A stretch of DNA of 64,000 nt from Fibrobacteria bacterium (lineage in GTDB: Bacteria; Fibrobacterota; Fibrobacteria; UBA11236), in assembly GCA_043745805.1 (NCBI GenBank), contig JAYTSD010000001.1, forward strand, positions 96,001 to 160,000, in the 5' to 3' direction. The notes below the pieces were generated by a model. That model was not told where the DNA came from. It saw only the letters and a program-made list of their open reading frames with translations, and searched no databases. A program made the translations under genes and the position numbers. Below, one piece after another: positions 1 to 10,280 of the stretch (position 1 is its first letter; each line of letters opens with the position of its first letter).

Positions 1-182
1 ACAAAATTAGTCGTGAAGGCACTACTATTTTATTAGTGGAGCAAAACGCCAATGCGGCCTTACAGCATAGTCATAGAGCCTATGTGTTAGAAACCGGGAG
101 AATAGTAATGGAAGGTAGATCTTCGGATTTAGCTGTTGATCCGCGTGTGCGTGAAGCATATTTGGGTGAACATGGAGGTTAA
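1..182 (+). CDS. livF: 3' end of branched-chain amino acid ABC transporter ATP-binding protein (partial, runs off window start)
   Basis: Frame from nt 3 reads KISREGTTILLVEQNANAALQHSHRAYVLETGRIVMEG...VREAYLG*, the typical LivF C-terminus; not in the ORF track. Confidence 0.85.
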   Translation, partial: KISREGTTILLVEQNANAALQHSHRAYVLETGRIVMEGRSSDLAVDPRVREAYLGEHGG

Positions 183-186
183 TTTA

Positions 187-744
187 ATGCGAATAAAAAT
201 ATTATTAATATCCGGTAGCTTGCAAAATAAATCTTCTAATACGGCGCTATTAAATTATTTAATACAAAATACCTCAGAAAACATTCAATTGGAATTCAGT
301 CAATCTTTGGCAGTTTTGCCACATTACAATTCGGATCTCGATACAGATTCACCTCCTGTATCGGTAGATGTTTTTCGGAATCAACTGCTCACTGCGAATG
401 CAGTGATTATTGCTTCTCCTGAATATGCCCATAGTGTTCCCGGATCATTGAAGAATGCATTGGATTGGGTGGTGGGATCAGGAGAATTAGTCTATAAGCG
501 AGTCGCCATTATGAGCGCCTCACCTGGACTTGATGGGGGTAACAAAGCTTTGGATTTATTGGCTTATATATTAGAAGTTATGTCCGCCAAAGTGAGTGGT
601 CGCTTAGGAGTTGATTCGATTCGTAAAAAGGTAGATGCGGATGGAAATATTGTGGACGAAAATACCCTGAAAAATATCAATGCTTTTTTTGTTCAATTGG
701 TGAATCAAATTAGGCAAGATATGCTTATTCAGCAAAGTAATTAA
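187..744 (+). CDS. NAD(P)H-dependent FMN reductase (flavodoxin-like)
   Basis: ISGS, SPEYAHSVPGSLKNALDW motifs; start moved to ATG 187, which follows GGAGG and the livF stop. Confidence 0.85.
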   Translation: MRIKILLISGSLQNKSSNTALLNYLIQNTSENIQLEFSQSLAVLPHYNSDLDTDSPPVSVDVFRNQLLTANAVIIASPEYAHSVPGSLKNALDWVVGSGELVYKRVAIMSASPGLDGGNKALDLLAYILEVMSAKVSGRLGVDSIRKKVDADGNIVDENTLKNINAFFVQLVNQIRQDMLIQQSN

Positions 745-745
745 T

Positions 746-1462
746 ATGTTACCAGATGCTTTTAAAAAATCATTATGGAAAAGAGCGATATTTATTTTCT
801 CTACCTTATTAATTTTTAATTGCGCCGAAAACCCTTCCATTGCACACCTTCGGCCAGCGATTAGCCACAAGAAAAAAAGTCCTAGTCGTGAAAAAACGAA
901 TCAAGCTTTTATTCGCAATGCCATTTTAAAATATGGTTCACATGAAGCGGCCTCTCAGCAATATGTAGAAGAAGGATGGCATAAATTTTATCAAAAGGAC
1001 TATGCCATTTCTATGAAACGCTTTAATCAGGCTTGGCTCTTGGATTCTTTGAACGGCAATGTCTATTGGGGATTTGCGAGTATCTTAGGTAATACAGGTA
1101 GCTCCATGGATACAGTGATTCACTATTTTCAATGGGCACAAAAATTATTGCCTCAAGACGAAAGACTAAAAGGAAATTTGGCAAATGCTTATGGATTTTT
1201 GGCAGAGCAACAACAAAAAAATCATCAGGAAAATTACCGTCTCAAATATGACACGGCATTTACTTTGTTTATGTCTTTAAAAACTAGAAAAAGAACCGAT
1301 GCCGATCTTTATTTACAGTATTGGGGTATTGCTTTAAAAGCTAGAGATGAAAAACAGGTGATTCAGGCACAAATGATTATTGACTCTACGGGTATAGTGC
1401 CAGAAAATCAAGCATGGCTAGATACTTTGAAAGCAGAATCAAAGAAAAGATTTAGAGATTAA
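746..1462 (+). CDS. TPR-containing putative lipoprotein
   Basis: Hydrophobic N-terminus ending LIFNC; TPR-like AISMKRFNQAWLLD...YWGFA. Confidence 0.6.
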   Translation: MLPDAFKKSLWKRAIFIFSTLLIFNCAENPSIAHLRPAISHKKKSPSREKTNQAFIRNAILKYGSHEAASQQYVEEGWHKFYQKDYAISMKRFNQAWLLDSLNGNVYWGFASILGNTGSSMDTVIHYFQWAQKLLPQDERLKGNLANAYGFLAEQQQKNHQENYRLKYDTAFTLFMSLKTRKRTDADLYLQYWGIALKARDEKQVIQAQMIIDSTGIVPENQAWLDTLKAESKKRFRD

Positions 1463-1509
1463 TTTCGAAGTTTTTAAATTTTTAAAAGCAGAAATATTTC
1501 AAAGTATTA

Positions 1510-2580
1510 TCAATTTTCCCCATTCGCCATTGCAGCGTTTGATTTTTTAGCAGAGGCTAAAATCTGACTTGGAATATCGTTTAAGGGTAAAATATGTTCC
1601 GCGGCCCCAAGTTGAATGGCTTCTTTGGGCATCCCAAATACCACACAGCTTTTTTCGTCTTGGGCAATTGTCGAAGCCCCGCCATTGCGCATTTCCAGTA
1701 AACCCGTAGCCCCATCGGTTCCCATGCCTGTAAGTAGGACTCCGATGGCATTACCTTTTGTTGCCCGTGCAACGGACTTAAAAAGAATATCTATGGAAGG
1801 GCGATGCCGTGATACTAAGGGTCCATCTTTGATTTCCACCCGATAGGTATCGCCTGAGGGACGTAACACCATATGCATATTTCCCGGTGCAATTAGGGCG
1901 CGACCAGGAATAACTTCGTCCCCATTGGCGGCCTCTTTTACTTCAATCGAGCATAAATTATTTAACCGCTCCGCAAAAGAATTCGTTAGATATTCTGGTA
2001 AATGTTGTACCACAAGAATAGGAGGGGATGCCGCTGGCATTTTTGTTAAAATATCGTGTATAGCTCGAGTTCCTCCTGTGGAGGCACCAATAGCGATTAA
2101 TTTTTCAGTGGGTCCATTCCATGGAGCAGGCTTGTCAACAACTGCCTGCGTTTTCCACCAGCTATTTCCAATTTTTGCGCTGGCCGCAGCAATAATAGCA
2201 TCTCGCAATAAGAGAGTCATTTCTTCAGCGGATTTTCCAGACTTAGGCTTACATAAAACATCAATGGCCCCATAGGATAAAGCTTGCATTGCGATTTCAC
2301 TACCCTTGGGCGATAGAGAGGAAACAATAATTACCGGCATGGGACGATAATGCATAAGTTTCTTTAAAAAAGTAAGCCCATCCATATGAGGCATTTCTAT
2401 ATCCAAAGTAATCACATCAGGAGAAAGTTGTAAAATTTTATCACGCGCTACAAAAGGATCCGGTGCGGTTCCTACTACTTCAATAAGCGGATCTTTGGAT
2501 AAAGCATTTTGGAGTATGTCTCTTATAGTCGGAGAGTCATCTACTATTAATACTTTGATTTTATTTTTTAGGGTTGTCAT
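1510..2580 (-). CDS. cheB: Chemotaxis methylesterase CheB (REC + methylesterase)
   Basis: Receiver domain plus IGASTGG, VQH, LTGMGTDG motifs. Confidence 0.97.
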   Translation of the reverse strand: MTTLKNKIKVLIVDDSPTIRDILQNALSKDPLIEVVGTAPDPFVARDKILQLSPDVITLDIEMPHMDGLTFLKKLMHYRPMPVIIVSSLSPKGSEIAMQALSYGAIDVLCKPKSGKSAEEMTLLLRDAIIAAASAKIGNSWWKTQAVVDKPAPWNGPTEKLIAIGASTGGTRAIHDILTKMPAASPPILVVQHLPEYLTNSFAERLNNLCSIEVKEAANGDEVIPGRALIAPGNMHMVLRPSGDTYRVEIKDGPLVSRHRPSIDILFKSVARATKGNAIGVLLTGMGTDGATGLLEMRNGGASTIAQDEKSCVVFGMPKEAIQLGAAEHILPLNDIPSQILASAKKSNAAMANGEN

Positions 2581-2588
2581 GGTGAAAC

Positions 2589-3068
2589 CTATTTTTCAGT
2601 TATAGCAGGTTCATTAATAGAGCATCGAATAAGCAATCCTTGATCATCTATGCTTAGTCTTAAAGTGTCAGGATCATTTAATAGTTCATTACCGGTCAGT
2701 GGATTCCAAAAGGTAACCTTGGGAATAGATAAAGAAAATACTACCTGCTCACCCGCATAGGTAGATAAAATATGCCCGCAGGCTACATTGAGCAATTCTT
2801 TCAAAGCATCTAATGATTTGGTAGGAAGATCTGGATCATCAATATCTTCACCGAGTATATTGGCTGCTAATTCAATGGCTATTTTTTGAGGTACCACTAA
2901 AATAAGTTCTCCAGTTGTATGTCCAGAAAAAGACATTTCGGCACAAAAATATTCAGTATCTGGATCAGGAAAAATTTCAGGTTCTTCAGGTTCGGTAAAT
3001 AAAAAAGCTTGTTTTTCTAAAACTCCCGAAAGTACTTGATAGAGTAATTTAGTTGGAATGTTACGCAT
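2589..3068 (-). CDS. cheX: CheX/CheC-family phosphatase
   Basis: DALKELLNVACG (ExxN) and FSLSIP motifs; inside che operon. Confidence 0.75.
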   Translation of the reverse strand: MRNIPTKLLYQVLSGVLEKQAFLFTEPEEPEIFPDPDTEYFCAEMSFSGHTTGELILVVPQKIAIELAANILGEDIDDPDLPTKSLDALKELLNVACGHILSTYAGEQVVFSLSIPKVTFWNPLTGNELLNDPDTLRLSIDDQGLLIRCSINEPAITEK

Positions 3069-3447
3069 CGAATACCCCCAAAATATCTTGTATGGTAGAT
3101 TTTAAATTTTCCGGACGAAAAGGTTTGCGAATAAAAGCTTTAATACCTTTTTCATGAAGCTCTTGTATACGCGTAGCGCTTCCTTCTGTGGAAACCATAA
3201 TAATTGGGATAGTTTTATACAGTTCATTTTCCTGCATTTTATTCACCAATTCTATGCCTCCCATAATAGGCATATTCACATCAGCAAAAACTAAATCAAT
3301 CCATTCCTTGCCTAAAATTTCTAAGGCTTCAACGCCATTACCCGCTTGATAAAGTGTGCCGATGGGCAATTCGCTTAACCCTAAGGTTTTACAAATCACC
3401 GCGCGTACTGTTTCTGAATCATCTACAATTAGCATATTTAGCGCCAT
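3061..3447 (-). CDS. cheY: Single-domain response regulator (CheY-like)
   Basis: IVDDS, DVNMP, STE, KPF receiver motifs; che operon. Confidence 0.85.
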   Translation of the reverse strand: MALNMLIVDDSETVRAVICKTLGLSELPIGTLYQAGNGVEALEILGKEWIDLVFADVNMPIMGGIELVNKMQENELYKTIPIIMVSTEGSATRIQELHEKGIKAFIRKPFRPENLKSTIQDILGVFDA

Positions 3448-3475
3448 ATTGTTTGCCTCTTCTGTTTATTTAATT

Positions 3476-3952
3476 TCATAATTTTCTTTCGCTTCCGGCG
3501 ATTTTCAAAACCGTTATTCCCGTATCAAGATGTAAAGACATGGTGCGTGGAACCGATCCACCTACATCTTCACCAGAAATGAGAATATTGTTTTTCCAAA
3601 GAACTTTTCTCAAAACGGTATAATTGCGTTCGCCAATATTAAAAGTTTTATTGTCATCTAATATTTGAGATCCACCCGCAACTTTAGCGATTATGGTTTT
3701 ACGGGTAGCACCTAGATCAAACATTTTTTGCATAAAGGCCGAAACACCAGTGTCCACATAAAGAAAAGGATTATTATCTGCCTTCTCCGGATTTATTTTT
3801 GACATGGGCATCATGCAATGTATGAGGCCTCCGCAACGGATATTGGGATCATAAAGAGTAATTCCCAAACAGGAACCTAAAGAATAAGTGATTAGCGTAT
3901 CGGTAGGATTATTCGATATCGCTAGATCAGCTATGCCAATAACAATATTCAT
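3476..3952 (-). CDS. cheD: Chemoreceptor glutamine deamidase CheD
   Basis: LGSCLG, H, AKVAGG, NIGERN, EDVGG motifs. Confidence 0.95.
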   Translation of the reverse strand: MNIVIGIADLAISNNPTDTLITYSLGSCLGITLYDPNIRCGGLIHCMMPMSKINPEKADNNPFLYVDTGVSAFMQKMFDLGATRKTIIAKVAGGSQILDDNKTFNIGERNYTVLRKVLWKNNILISGEDVGGSVPRTMSLHLDTGITVLKIAGSERKL

Positions 3953-3953
3953 T

Positions 3954-4754
3954 TTAACCTTTGAAATAAACTGCAGGTTTAAGGTATTTAAATTGATGAT
4001 TTATAGAGGATAGGCTTTCAGAATGCCCCACAAAAAAAATACCGCCAGGTTTTAGTAAACGATAAATGTCGTTTATCAATCGAGTGCGGACGGTGTTATC
4101 AAAATAAATCATTACATTTCGGCAAAAAACCATATCAAATGGGCCTCGCATAGGGAAGGGAGGTGAAGATAAATTTATTCGAGAAAAAGTTACCCTATTG
4201 CGAATTTCATCCGTCACTTGTATTTGTTCTTTATCGGGAGTAGAGGAAAAATATTTTTTGTATTCCTTGGGAATAGCGGCTACCCGTGATTTTTCATACA
4301 CCCCATTTTTGGCGAGACTTAAAACACGGGTGGAGATATCGGTTGCTAATATTTTAATATCCGCAGATTCCCCATGCATAACCTCTGCAAGGGTCATGGC
4401 TAAAGAATAGGGTTCTTCTCCTGTTGAGCTAGCGGCCGACCAAAAGCGAAATTTTTTCTGACCACGATCCAACCATTTAGAAAAAACCTTGGAGGCGTAG
4501 TCAAAATGTTCTGACTCTCGAAAAAAATGGGTTATATTAGTAGAAATGGCATCGATCATTTCCACCATTTCATTTTCATTTCGTTCCTCTTTTATAAATT
4601 TCAAATAGTCATCAAAGGAATTCATTTCCAATTTACGCATACGCTTACCAATGCGCGAAGTGACTAAAGATTCTTTTCCTTTATCCATACAAATACCAGT
4701 TTTCGTATAAATGAAGTCGCTGAAATTTTGAAAAGATTTTCCCGAAAGTTCCAT
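3954..4754 (-). CDS. cheR: Chemotaxis methyltransferase CheR
   Basis: TNITHFFRE, WSAASSTGEEPYS, ATDIS, FCRNVMIYF. Confidence 0.97.
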   Translation of the reverse strand: MELSGKSFQNFSDFIYTKTGICMDKGKESLVTSRIGKRMRKLEMNSFDDYLKFIKEERNENEMVEMIDAISTNITHFFRESEHFDYASKVFSKWLDRGQKKFRFWSAASSTGEEPYSLAMTLAEVMHGESADIKILATDISTRVLSLAKNGVYEKSRVAAIPKEYKKYFSSTPDKEQIQVTDEIRNRVTFSRINLSSPPFPMRGPFDMVFCRNVMIYFDNTVRTRLINDIYRLLKPGGIFFVGHSESLSSINHQFKYLKPAVYFKG

Positions 4755-4787
4755 GTTACTGCCTTAAAGTTTTGAAAGCGTTGTAGC

Positions 4788-6449
4788 TTAAAATTCTTTT
4801 AACTCCGCTTCGGTAAGAGGAATAACGGCTTCTGCATTTTCCGAATTAGATTGTCTTGCGACGGCTTGCCATCCTCCAGATTTTGCGACCACGCGATTCG
4901 TTTCATGAGTTCTACTATTGAAATGACTTTTGGTTTTGTTCAGACTTGATTTTTGAAAGGAGGGTTTCATGGCATTTCCATAGGAGACTGGCATTTCTCT
5001 CGAAACATTTTCACCATTAGAATTTCCTCTGACAATATTCACTAGTATGTTAACCATTCCATTCAATTCTTTGGCTTGAGCGGATAACTCCTCACTGGCG
5101 GAAGCCGATTCTTCCGCACTCGAAGCATTTGCTTGTGTAAGCTTATCCATTTGTGTTACTGCTGTTCCGATTTGTTCAATCCCTTTAGATTGTTCTTCGC
5201 TGGCAGAGGATACATCGCCAATAAGCTGGGTAAGGCTTTGTACATTATCCACAATTTGACTTAATAAGTTGGCCACTTCTTGAGAAACTAGTACTCCATT
5301 ATCGGCATTTTTTTGTGACTCTTCAATTAAAGCCGAAGTATTTTTTGCGGCCTCAGCGCTGCGTTGTGCTAAATTACGAACTTCCTCAGCAACGACTGCA
5401 AAGCCTTTGCCTGCATCTCCTGCACGCGCCGCTTCGACAGCGGCATTCAAAGCCAATAGATTGGTTTGAAAGGCAATTTCATCAATAGTTTTTACAATTT
5501 TGGCGGTTTGATCGGAAGAGGTTTTGATTTGGTTAATCGCTGAGCCCATCTTTTTCATAGTTCCCATACATTTTTCTAAGGCCTGACGAGTTGAATTTGC
5601 CATGCTATTCGCTTGTTTGGAACTCTCGCTATTTTGTTTGGTCATGGAAGACATTTCTTCCAAAGATGCAGAAGTTTCTTCTAAAGAAGAAGCCTGTTCA
5701 CTAGCCCCTTCAGCCATTTGTTGGCTGGTTTGAGAAACTTGATTGGATGCAGAGGAAACCTGCTCGCTACCTTCAGTAAGGCTGCTGATAACATTATTAA
5801 GGGCATTAGAAATGGAGCGACTTAGTAAAACACCAATGGCAGTACCCACAGCCAATGCTAAAAGTAATCCAATAACAATACCGCTTTTCGCAGAATTTAC
5901 TGCTTGGGTGATTTCTTTTCCGAAAATTTTGCCATTATCATGGTTATAGTCAGTTAAAACCTGCAGAGATTCCTTATATTTTTCAAATACCGAAATGTAT
6001 TGGTTTGTGAACATAGCTATTGCTTCTTTGGACTTGCCGGATTTGCTCATATTTAAAATGGTATTTCGCATTTCCCCGTTTTGTATTTTTAATGGGCCAA
6101 TAGCAGAAAATAATTCTTGGTCTTTACCGAGGTTAATAGTTGCTTCATAGGCTTTTAAAAACGCTCCAGTTTTCTCATTGTTATCAGCAATTCGCTTTTC
6201 TATTGCTTCTTTTTCTTCCTTTGTTTCTGACAATAAACTTTGTCCGAGTAAAGACACATTTGTAAGTGCTAAGGCTTCAGCACCCGATATTGCCGCTACA
6301 CCAGGCAAAGCATCTTCAGTAACTTTTTTTGATACTTCTTTGATGATGACTAAACGAGAATAAGCAAAAGCACCTAAACAACCCGCTATTAATAGAACTA
6401 TAAAAAACCCCAAATATAATTTGGCACTCAAACTAAAACCTTTTAACAT
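4788..6449 (-). CDS. Methyl-accepting chemotaxis protein with four-helix-bundle periplasmic sensor
   Basis: Two TM segments; [20 protein letters not shown] signalling hairpin; C-terminal pentapeptide-like ELKEF. Confidence 0.97.
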   Translation of the reverse strand: MLKGFSLSAKLYLGFFIVLLIAGCLGAFAYSRLVIIKEVSKKVTEDALPGVAAISGAEALALTNVSLLGQSLLSETKEEKEAIEKRIADNNEKTGAFLKAYEATINLGKDQELFSAIGPLKIQNGEMRNTILNMSKSGKSKEAIAMFTNQYISVFEKYKESLQVLTDYNHDNGKIFGKEITQAVNSAKSGIVIGLLLALAVGTAIGVLLSRSISNALNNVISSLTEGSEQVSSASNQVSQTSQQMAEGASEQASSLEETSASLEEMSSMTKQNSESSKQANSMANSTRQALEKCMGTMKKMGSAINQIKTSSDQTAKIVKTIDEIAFQTNLLALNAAVEAARAGDAGKGFAVVAEEVRNLAQRSAEAAKNTSALIEESQKNADNGVLVSQEVANLLSQIVDNVQSLTQLIGDVSSASEEQSKGIEQIGTAVTQMDKLTQANASSAEESASASEELSAQAKELNGMVNILVNIVRGNSNGENVSREMPVSYGNAMKPSFQKSSLNKTKSHFNSRTHETNRVVAKSGGWQAVARQSNSENAEAVIPLTEAELKEF

Positions 6450-6485
6450 ACCTACTCCTTTATTGATTTTTAATTAAAAATATTT

Positions 6486-6998
6486 TTATGCTATTTTTTC
6501 AACTAATCCAATTTCTTTATCAGACAGCACTTTATCCACATCAAGCAGCATAATAACCTTATGGACCACTTTACCCATGCCCAAAATAAAATCTGTATTC
6601 ACACTTGCCCCAAAGGCTGGTGCAGATTCAATTTGGTCAATAGGAATATTTAATACCTCAGAAACTTCATCGACAATAAGCCCCATGATAATGTTGGTGG
6701 TAGCTAGGTTTACCTGTACCACTATAATACAGGTCCTTTCGGTATCTTCTAATCCTTGCATTTCAAATTTATTGCGTAGTTCAATAACGGGAATAACTTT
6801 GCCTCTTAAATTAATAACCCCTCTTACAAAGGAAGGCGTTCGAGGAATATGTGTTACGGTCATCATACCAATTATTTCTTGCACTTTTAAAATCTCAATA
6901 CCATAAATTTCTTTACCTAACTGAAAGGTCAGGTACTTACCTCCTTTAGCAGCAATTGAAGGTGAATTTTTATGTTCTGTGAGAGTGTCTACGGCCAT
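6486..6998 (-). CDS. cheW: Chemotaxis coupling protein CheW
   Basis: YLTF, VQEII, GVINLRGKVIPV, GLIVDEV. Confidence 0.97.
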   Translation of the reverse strand: MAVDTLTEHKNSPSIAAKGGKYLTFQLGKEIYGIEILKVQEIIGMMTVTHIPRTPSFVRGVINLRGKVIPVIELRNKFEMQGLEDTERTCIIVVQVNLATTNIIMGLIVDEVSEVLNIPIDQIESAPAFGASVNTDFILGMGKVVHKVIMLLDVDKVLSDKEIGLVEKIA

Positions 6999-7027
6999 AT
7001 TTTCCTTTCCAATAATATTTTCAGATA

Positions 7028-9694
7028 TTAATTTTGCATAGTTAAATGGGTTTCATTGGCAACCGGAAGCCAGTCTTGATTTGTTACCTGTTTTGAGGGC
7101 TTACCCTTTTCCGCCAACATACTTTTAAGTAAACCATCGACATCTAGAATTATTCCCACACAACCATCCGAAAGAATAGTGCCGCCTGTTAATCCGGGAA
7201 TATTTTTAAAAGTTTCCCCTAAACTTTTAATCACTGTTTGTTGTTGCCCCATTAATTCATCAACAATAAAGCCCGTTTGTTGATGATTGGATTCAACAAT
7301 TACAGCTAATTTTAGCCGTACATCATTGGATTTAATTGGTATTTGGAAAAAATCTTGCAAAGAAAAAAGTGGAATTAAGCTTCCATTTAAAGAAAGCATT
7401 TCTCCTTTTTCCACACAAGTTGTAATATCCTTAGGATTGATGGCCACAATACGCACTACCGAAAGGGTAGGGAAAATATAACGCTCTCTTCCAACACGAA
7501 CGACCATGCCATCGATAATGGCAAGCGTGAGCGGCAACCAAATACTAAAAGTGGTACCGACATTTTTTTCAGAATGAATTTCAATACGGCCACGTAATAA
7601 TTCAATATTACGTTTTACTACATCCATGCCAACACCGCGACCGGATACTTCAGTAATTTCGCTGGCGGTAGAAAATCCCGCTTCAAAAATAAAACCCCAA
7701 ATATCTTTGTCAGTTAAATTACTTTCATCTTTCACCAAGCCTCTTTCTTTAGCCTTGGCAAGAATGGAATCGCGATTTAAACCTCGACCATCATCTTTGA
7801 TTTCCAAACAAACATTGCCCCCTTTTTGAAATGCGCTTAGTTTGACTTGGGCAATAGGGGGCTTCCTATATCGTACTCGATCTTCTGGATTTGTTTCAAT
7901 TCCATGATCAACGGAATTACGTAACATATGAACTAATGGATCCCCAATTCTGTCTACAACAGTTTTATCGAGTTCAATTTCTTCACCAAAGCAAACAAAC
8001 TCCACATTTTTTCCACTTTTTTTTCCAAGATCTCGAACCAGACGAGACATTTTTTGAAACAATGGTCTTACAGGAACCATGCGTAAGGACGTTCCCATAT
8101 TTTGCAGTTCACGTGTAATTTTGTCTAATTGCATTAATTGTTGCAGTAACTTAGGAGACACCTTTCTTTTTAATTCTGGAGACTGTACAATCATGGTTTC
8201 CACAATAACCAATTCCCCAATATTGTCTAAAAGGCGATCTAAGCGATCAGCCTCTACTTTAACTGTCTCTTTGATAGTTAGGGCCGAGTTTTCTTTATCT
8301 GCTTGCTTTTGCTCCCTTAATGCATGCGTTACAGTTTGTGCATCGACACTACCATGTTGCACCAAAATTTGCCCAAGGGGCACATGTCTTTGTGATTCAT
8401 TTTGTAAAGCAATAGCTTGAACAATAATTTCTTTTTCCACGGCACCCGATTTTATTAAAATATCACCCAATTTACTTCCGGGAATTACGGTGGTTTTTTC
8501 TTTTGATGATTTCGTGATAGCTTCGCCCGCATTCGCTTGACGAATCTTTTTTAATAGCAAACTTATTACTGCATCTTGAGGTCTATCACCGTGGCCTTCT
8601 TTTACATGACCCACAAGCGTTTTCATCATCCCCACTGATTCAAAGACACAATCCAACAATTCGCCTTGAAGAACAATGAGCGCTTCACGAGCCTTGTCTA
8701 AAAGACTTTCCGTTTCATGAGCCAACGTTTTGATGGTGCTTAATTCTAAAAATCCTGCCAATCCTTTTATACTATGAAAGGCACGAAATACGGCGTCTAA
8801 AGACTCTTTTCGATGAGGATCCACTTCTAAATCCATAAGATGTACATCGGAGACATCTAAATGCTCTAGAGCTTCCACAATAAAATCCGCAAGTATGCTC
8901 GGATCCATTTCCAAAGCCGAGCTTGTAGGCCCTTCAATTATTTCATGGCCAGAAAGGTAATTTTGGTCCTCAAACCTTTTTAAAAATGAATTAATTGCCT
9001 CGGGTTGTATTGTCTTGGAAGTGTAACTTTTGAAAGTGCTACCCAACCAATCTAAAACTTTTAATAAAACATCTGTATTATTAGGTTTGGCCTTTTCAAT
9101 AAAACCTTCGGTAGCATGACAAATTTTTTCAACATCATCTAAACCCAAAATAGCGGATTCACCTTTTAGGTTATGGAGAATTCCCTGTAGTTGTCGGAGC
9201 GTCGATGGGTCCGCAGATTTTTCTAAAGCTAAAACACAACTTTCCATTTCTTCTAAGCGACTATCTTGACGTGATAAAAAATCAGAAAATATTTTTTCAT
9301 CTACATTGGCCGGTAATCCTCGAACGACTTCAATTTCATCCGGTAAGTTTTTTCTTGACGAAGGTTCGGCCTCTTCTGGAAACAAATCTTGCAGGGCTTC
9401 TAAATTCTTTGTGACATTGTTTAAGGTATTTTCTTTTTCTATACCCACCGCCATATTAAGGTTTTCCAGAAGATTTTGCGTAAACTTACAGAGTTCAGTA
9501 GCTTGTGAGTTACCTTCTTTTAAAGCCCAATCATAAACTTCTTTTAAGCGAAGATGAATTTGAGCCTGGGCAGCAAAATCATCATGAGCAATTAAAACAA
9601 AATCTTCAATTAGGGCGCGAATTTTTTGTAAGCCGATTTTTTCATTCATTTGGACGCTTTTCGTTTCAGGCAAAATAAGTTTACAGAGTATCAT
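7028..9694 (-). CDS. cheA: Chemotaxis histidine kinase CheA (two HPt domains, MshEN-like insert); possible start at 9649
   Basis: HNLKG and HSIKG HPt motifs, dimerisation domain, DPLVHMLRNSVDHGIE, SGRGVGMDVV, C-terminal CheW-like domain. Confidence 0.95.
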   Translation of the reverse strand: MILCKLILPETKSVQMNEKIGLQKIRALIEDFVLIAHDDFAAQAQIHLRLKEVYDWALKEGNSQATELCKFTQNLLENLNMAVGIEKENTLNNVTKNLEALQDLFPEEAEPSSRKNLPDEIEVVRGLPANVDEKIFSDFLSRQDSRLEEMESCVLALEKSADPSTLRQLQGILHNLKGESAILGLDDVEKICHATEGFIEKAKPNNTDVLLKVLDWLGSTFKSYTSKTIQPEAINSFLKRFEDQNYLSGHEIIEGPTSSALEMDPSILADFIVEALEHLDVSDVHLMDLEVDPHRKESLDAVFRAFHSIKGLAGFLELSTIKTLAHETESLLDKAREALIVLQGELLDCVFESVGMMKTLVGHVKEGHGDRPQDAVISLLLKKIRQANAGEAITKSSKEKTTVIPGSKLGDILIKSGAVEKEIIVQAIALQNESQRHVPLGQILVQHGSVDAQTVTHALREQKQADKENSALTIKETVKVEADRLDRLLDNIGELVIVETMIVQSPELKRKVSPKLLQQLMQLDKITRELQNMGTSLRMVPVRPLFQKMSRLVRDLGKKSGKNVEFVCFGEEIELDKTVVDRIGDPLVHMLRNSVDHGIETNPEDRVRYRKPPIAQVKLSAFQKGGNVCLEIKDDGRGLNRDSILAKAKERGLVKDESNLTDKDIWGFIFEAGFSTASEITEVSGRGVGMDVVKRNIELLRGRIEIHSEKNVGTTFSIWLPLTLAIIDGMVVRVGRERYIFPTLSVVRIVAINPKDITTCVEKGEMLSLNGSLIPLFSLQDFFQIPIKSNDVRLKLAVIVESNHQQTGFIVDELMGQQQTVIKSLGETFKNIPGLTGGTILSDGCVGIILDVDGLLKSMLAEKGKPSKQVTNQDWLPVANETHLTMQN

Positions 9695-9803
9695 ATCAAA
9701 ATGTCAAGTATTGGTGGAAAAAAAATAAATTTTTTTTTAGCAAAACGACTTTGATAATATTAATGAAATTATTCAAATGCATTTTAATGTTCGTGTTAAA
9801 TAT

Positions 9804-9819
9804 TGTTATAATTATCACA
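9804..9819. promoter_or_regulatory. CRP/FNR-family-like box
   Basis: TGTTA-TAATTA-TCACA, one mismatch to TGTGA-N6-TCACA; AT-rich context lowers significance. Confidence 0.35.
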
Positions 9820-9890
9820 ATAATTATCAAAAAAATAGCATCAAATATAGAGTGATTTAAAAATGATTACGCGACTACTAAATAAAAGTC

Positions 9891-9906
9891 TGCAAAGATT
9901 ATGCCA
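9891..9906 (-). promoter_or_regulatory. Sigma54 (-24/-12) promoter for che operon
   Basis: Minus strand TGGCAT-AATCT-TTGCA (GG-N10-GC) pointing to cheA. Confidence 0.75.
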
Positions 9907-9999
9907 TTATGATTAGTTGCAGTACGACTCAAGTAATCATAGCTTAAAGACAAAATAACGGAAAAATAAAAGCCTCTTCATAGTTGAGGTAAAAAAAAG

Positions 10000-10105
10000 G
10001 GGTGGATAAAAATGAGCAATAAATCCAACGTATTGTTATAAGTCTCGTACTCAGTGTGTGTTAGCAAAATGACTAAAATTAACCAAAATTGAAATTTATC
10101 CACCC
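10000..10105. repeat. 11-bp inverted repeat pair GGGTGGATAAA / TTTATCCACCC
   Basis: Copies at 10000-10010 and 10095-10105, upstream of the sigma54 promoter. Confidence 0.45.
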
Positions 10106-10280
10106 GTTCATTACTAATAATAAGTAATGAAAATTGCTTAATAAATTCAATGCAAGGGTCGACTACCTATTTAACAACAAATAATAAACTTGTTAAACAA
10201 ATAAAAGAGGGAGAAGTGGTTTTAAAAGGGCGTCCCTGCCCCATGAAAGAATACAAATAATTAATAATGAATTTTATTAT

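Noticed and set aside
136-186. ORF-track N-terminal extension of FMN reductase
   Set aside because: Overlaps the livF 3' end; a better ATG with RBS lies at 187
10000-10105. TTATCCACC copies as DnaA boxes / oriC
   Set aside because: Only two one-mismatch boxes, and no dnaA/gidA-type context
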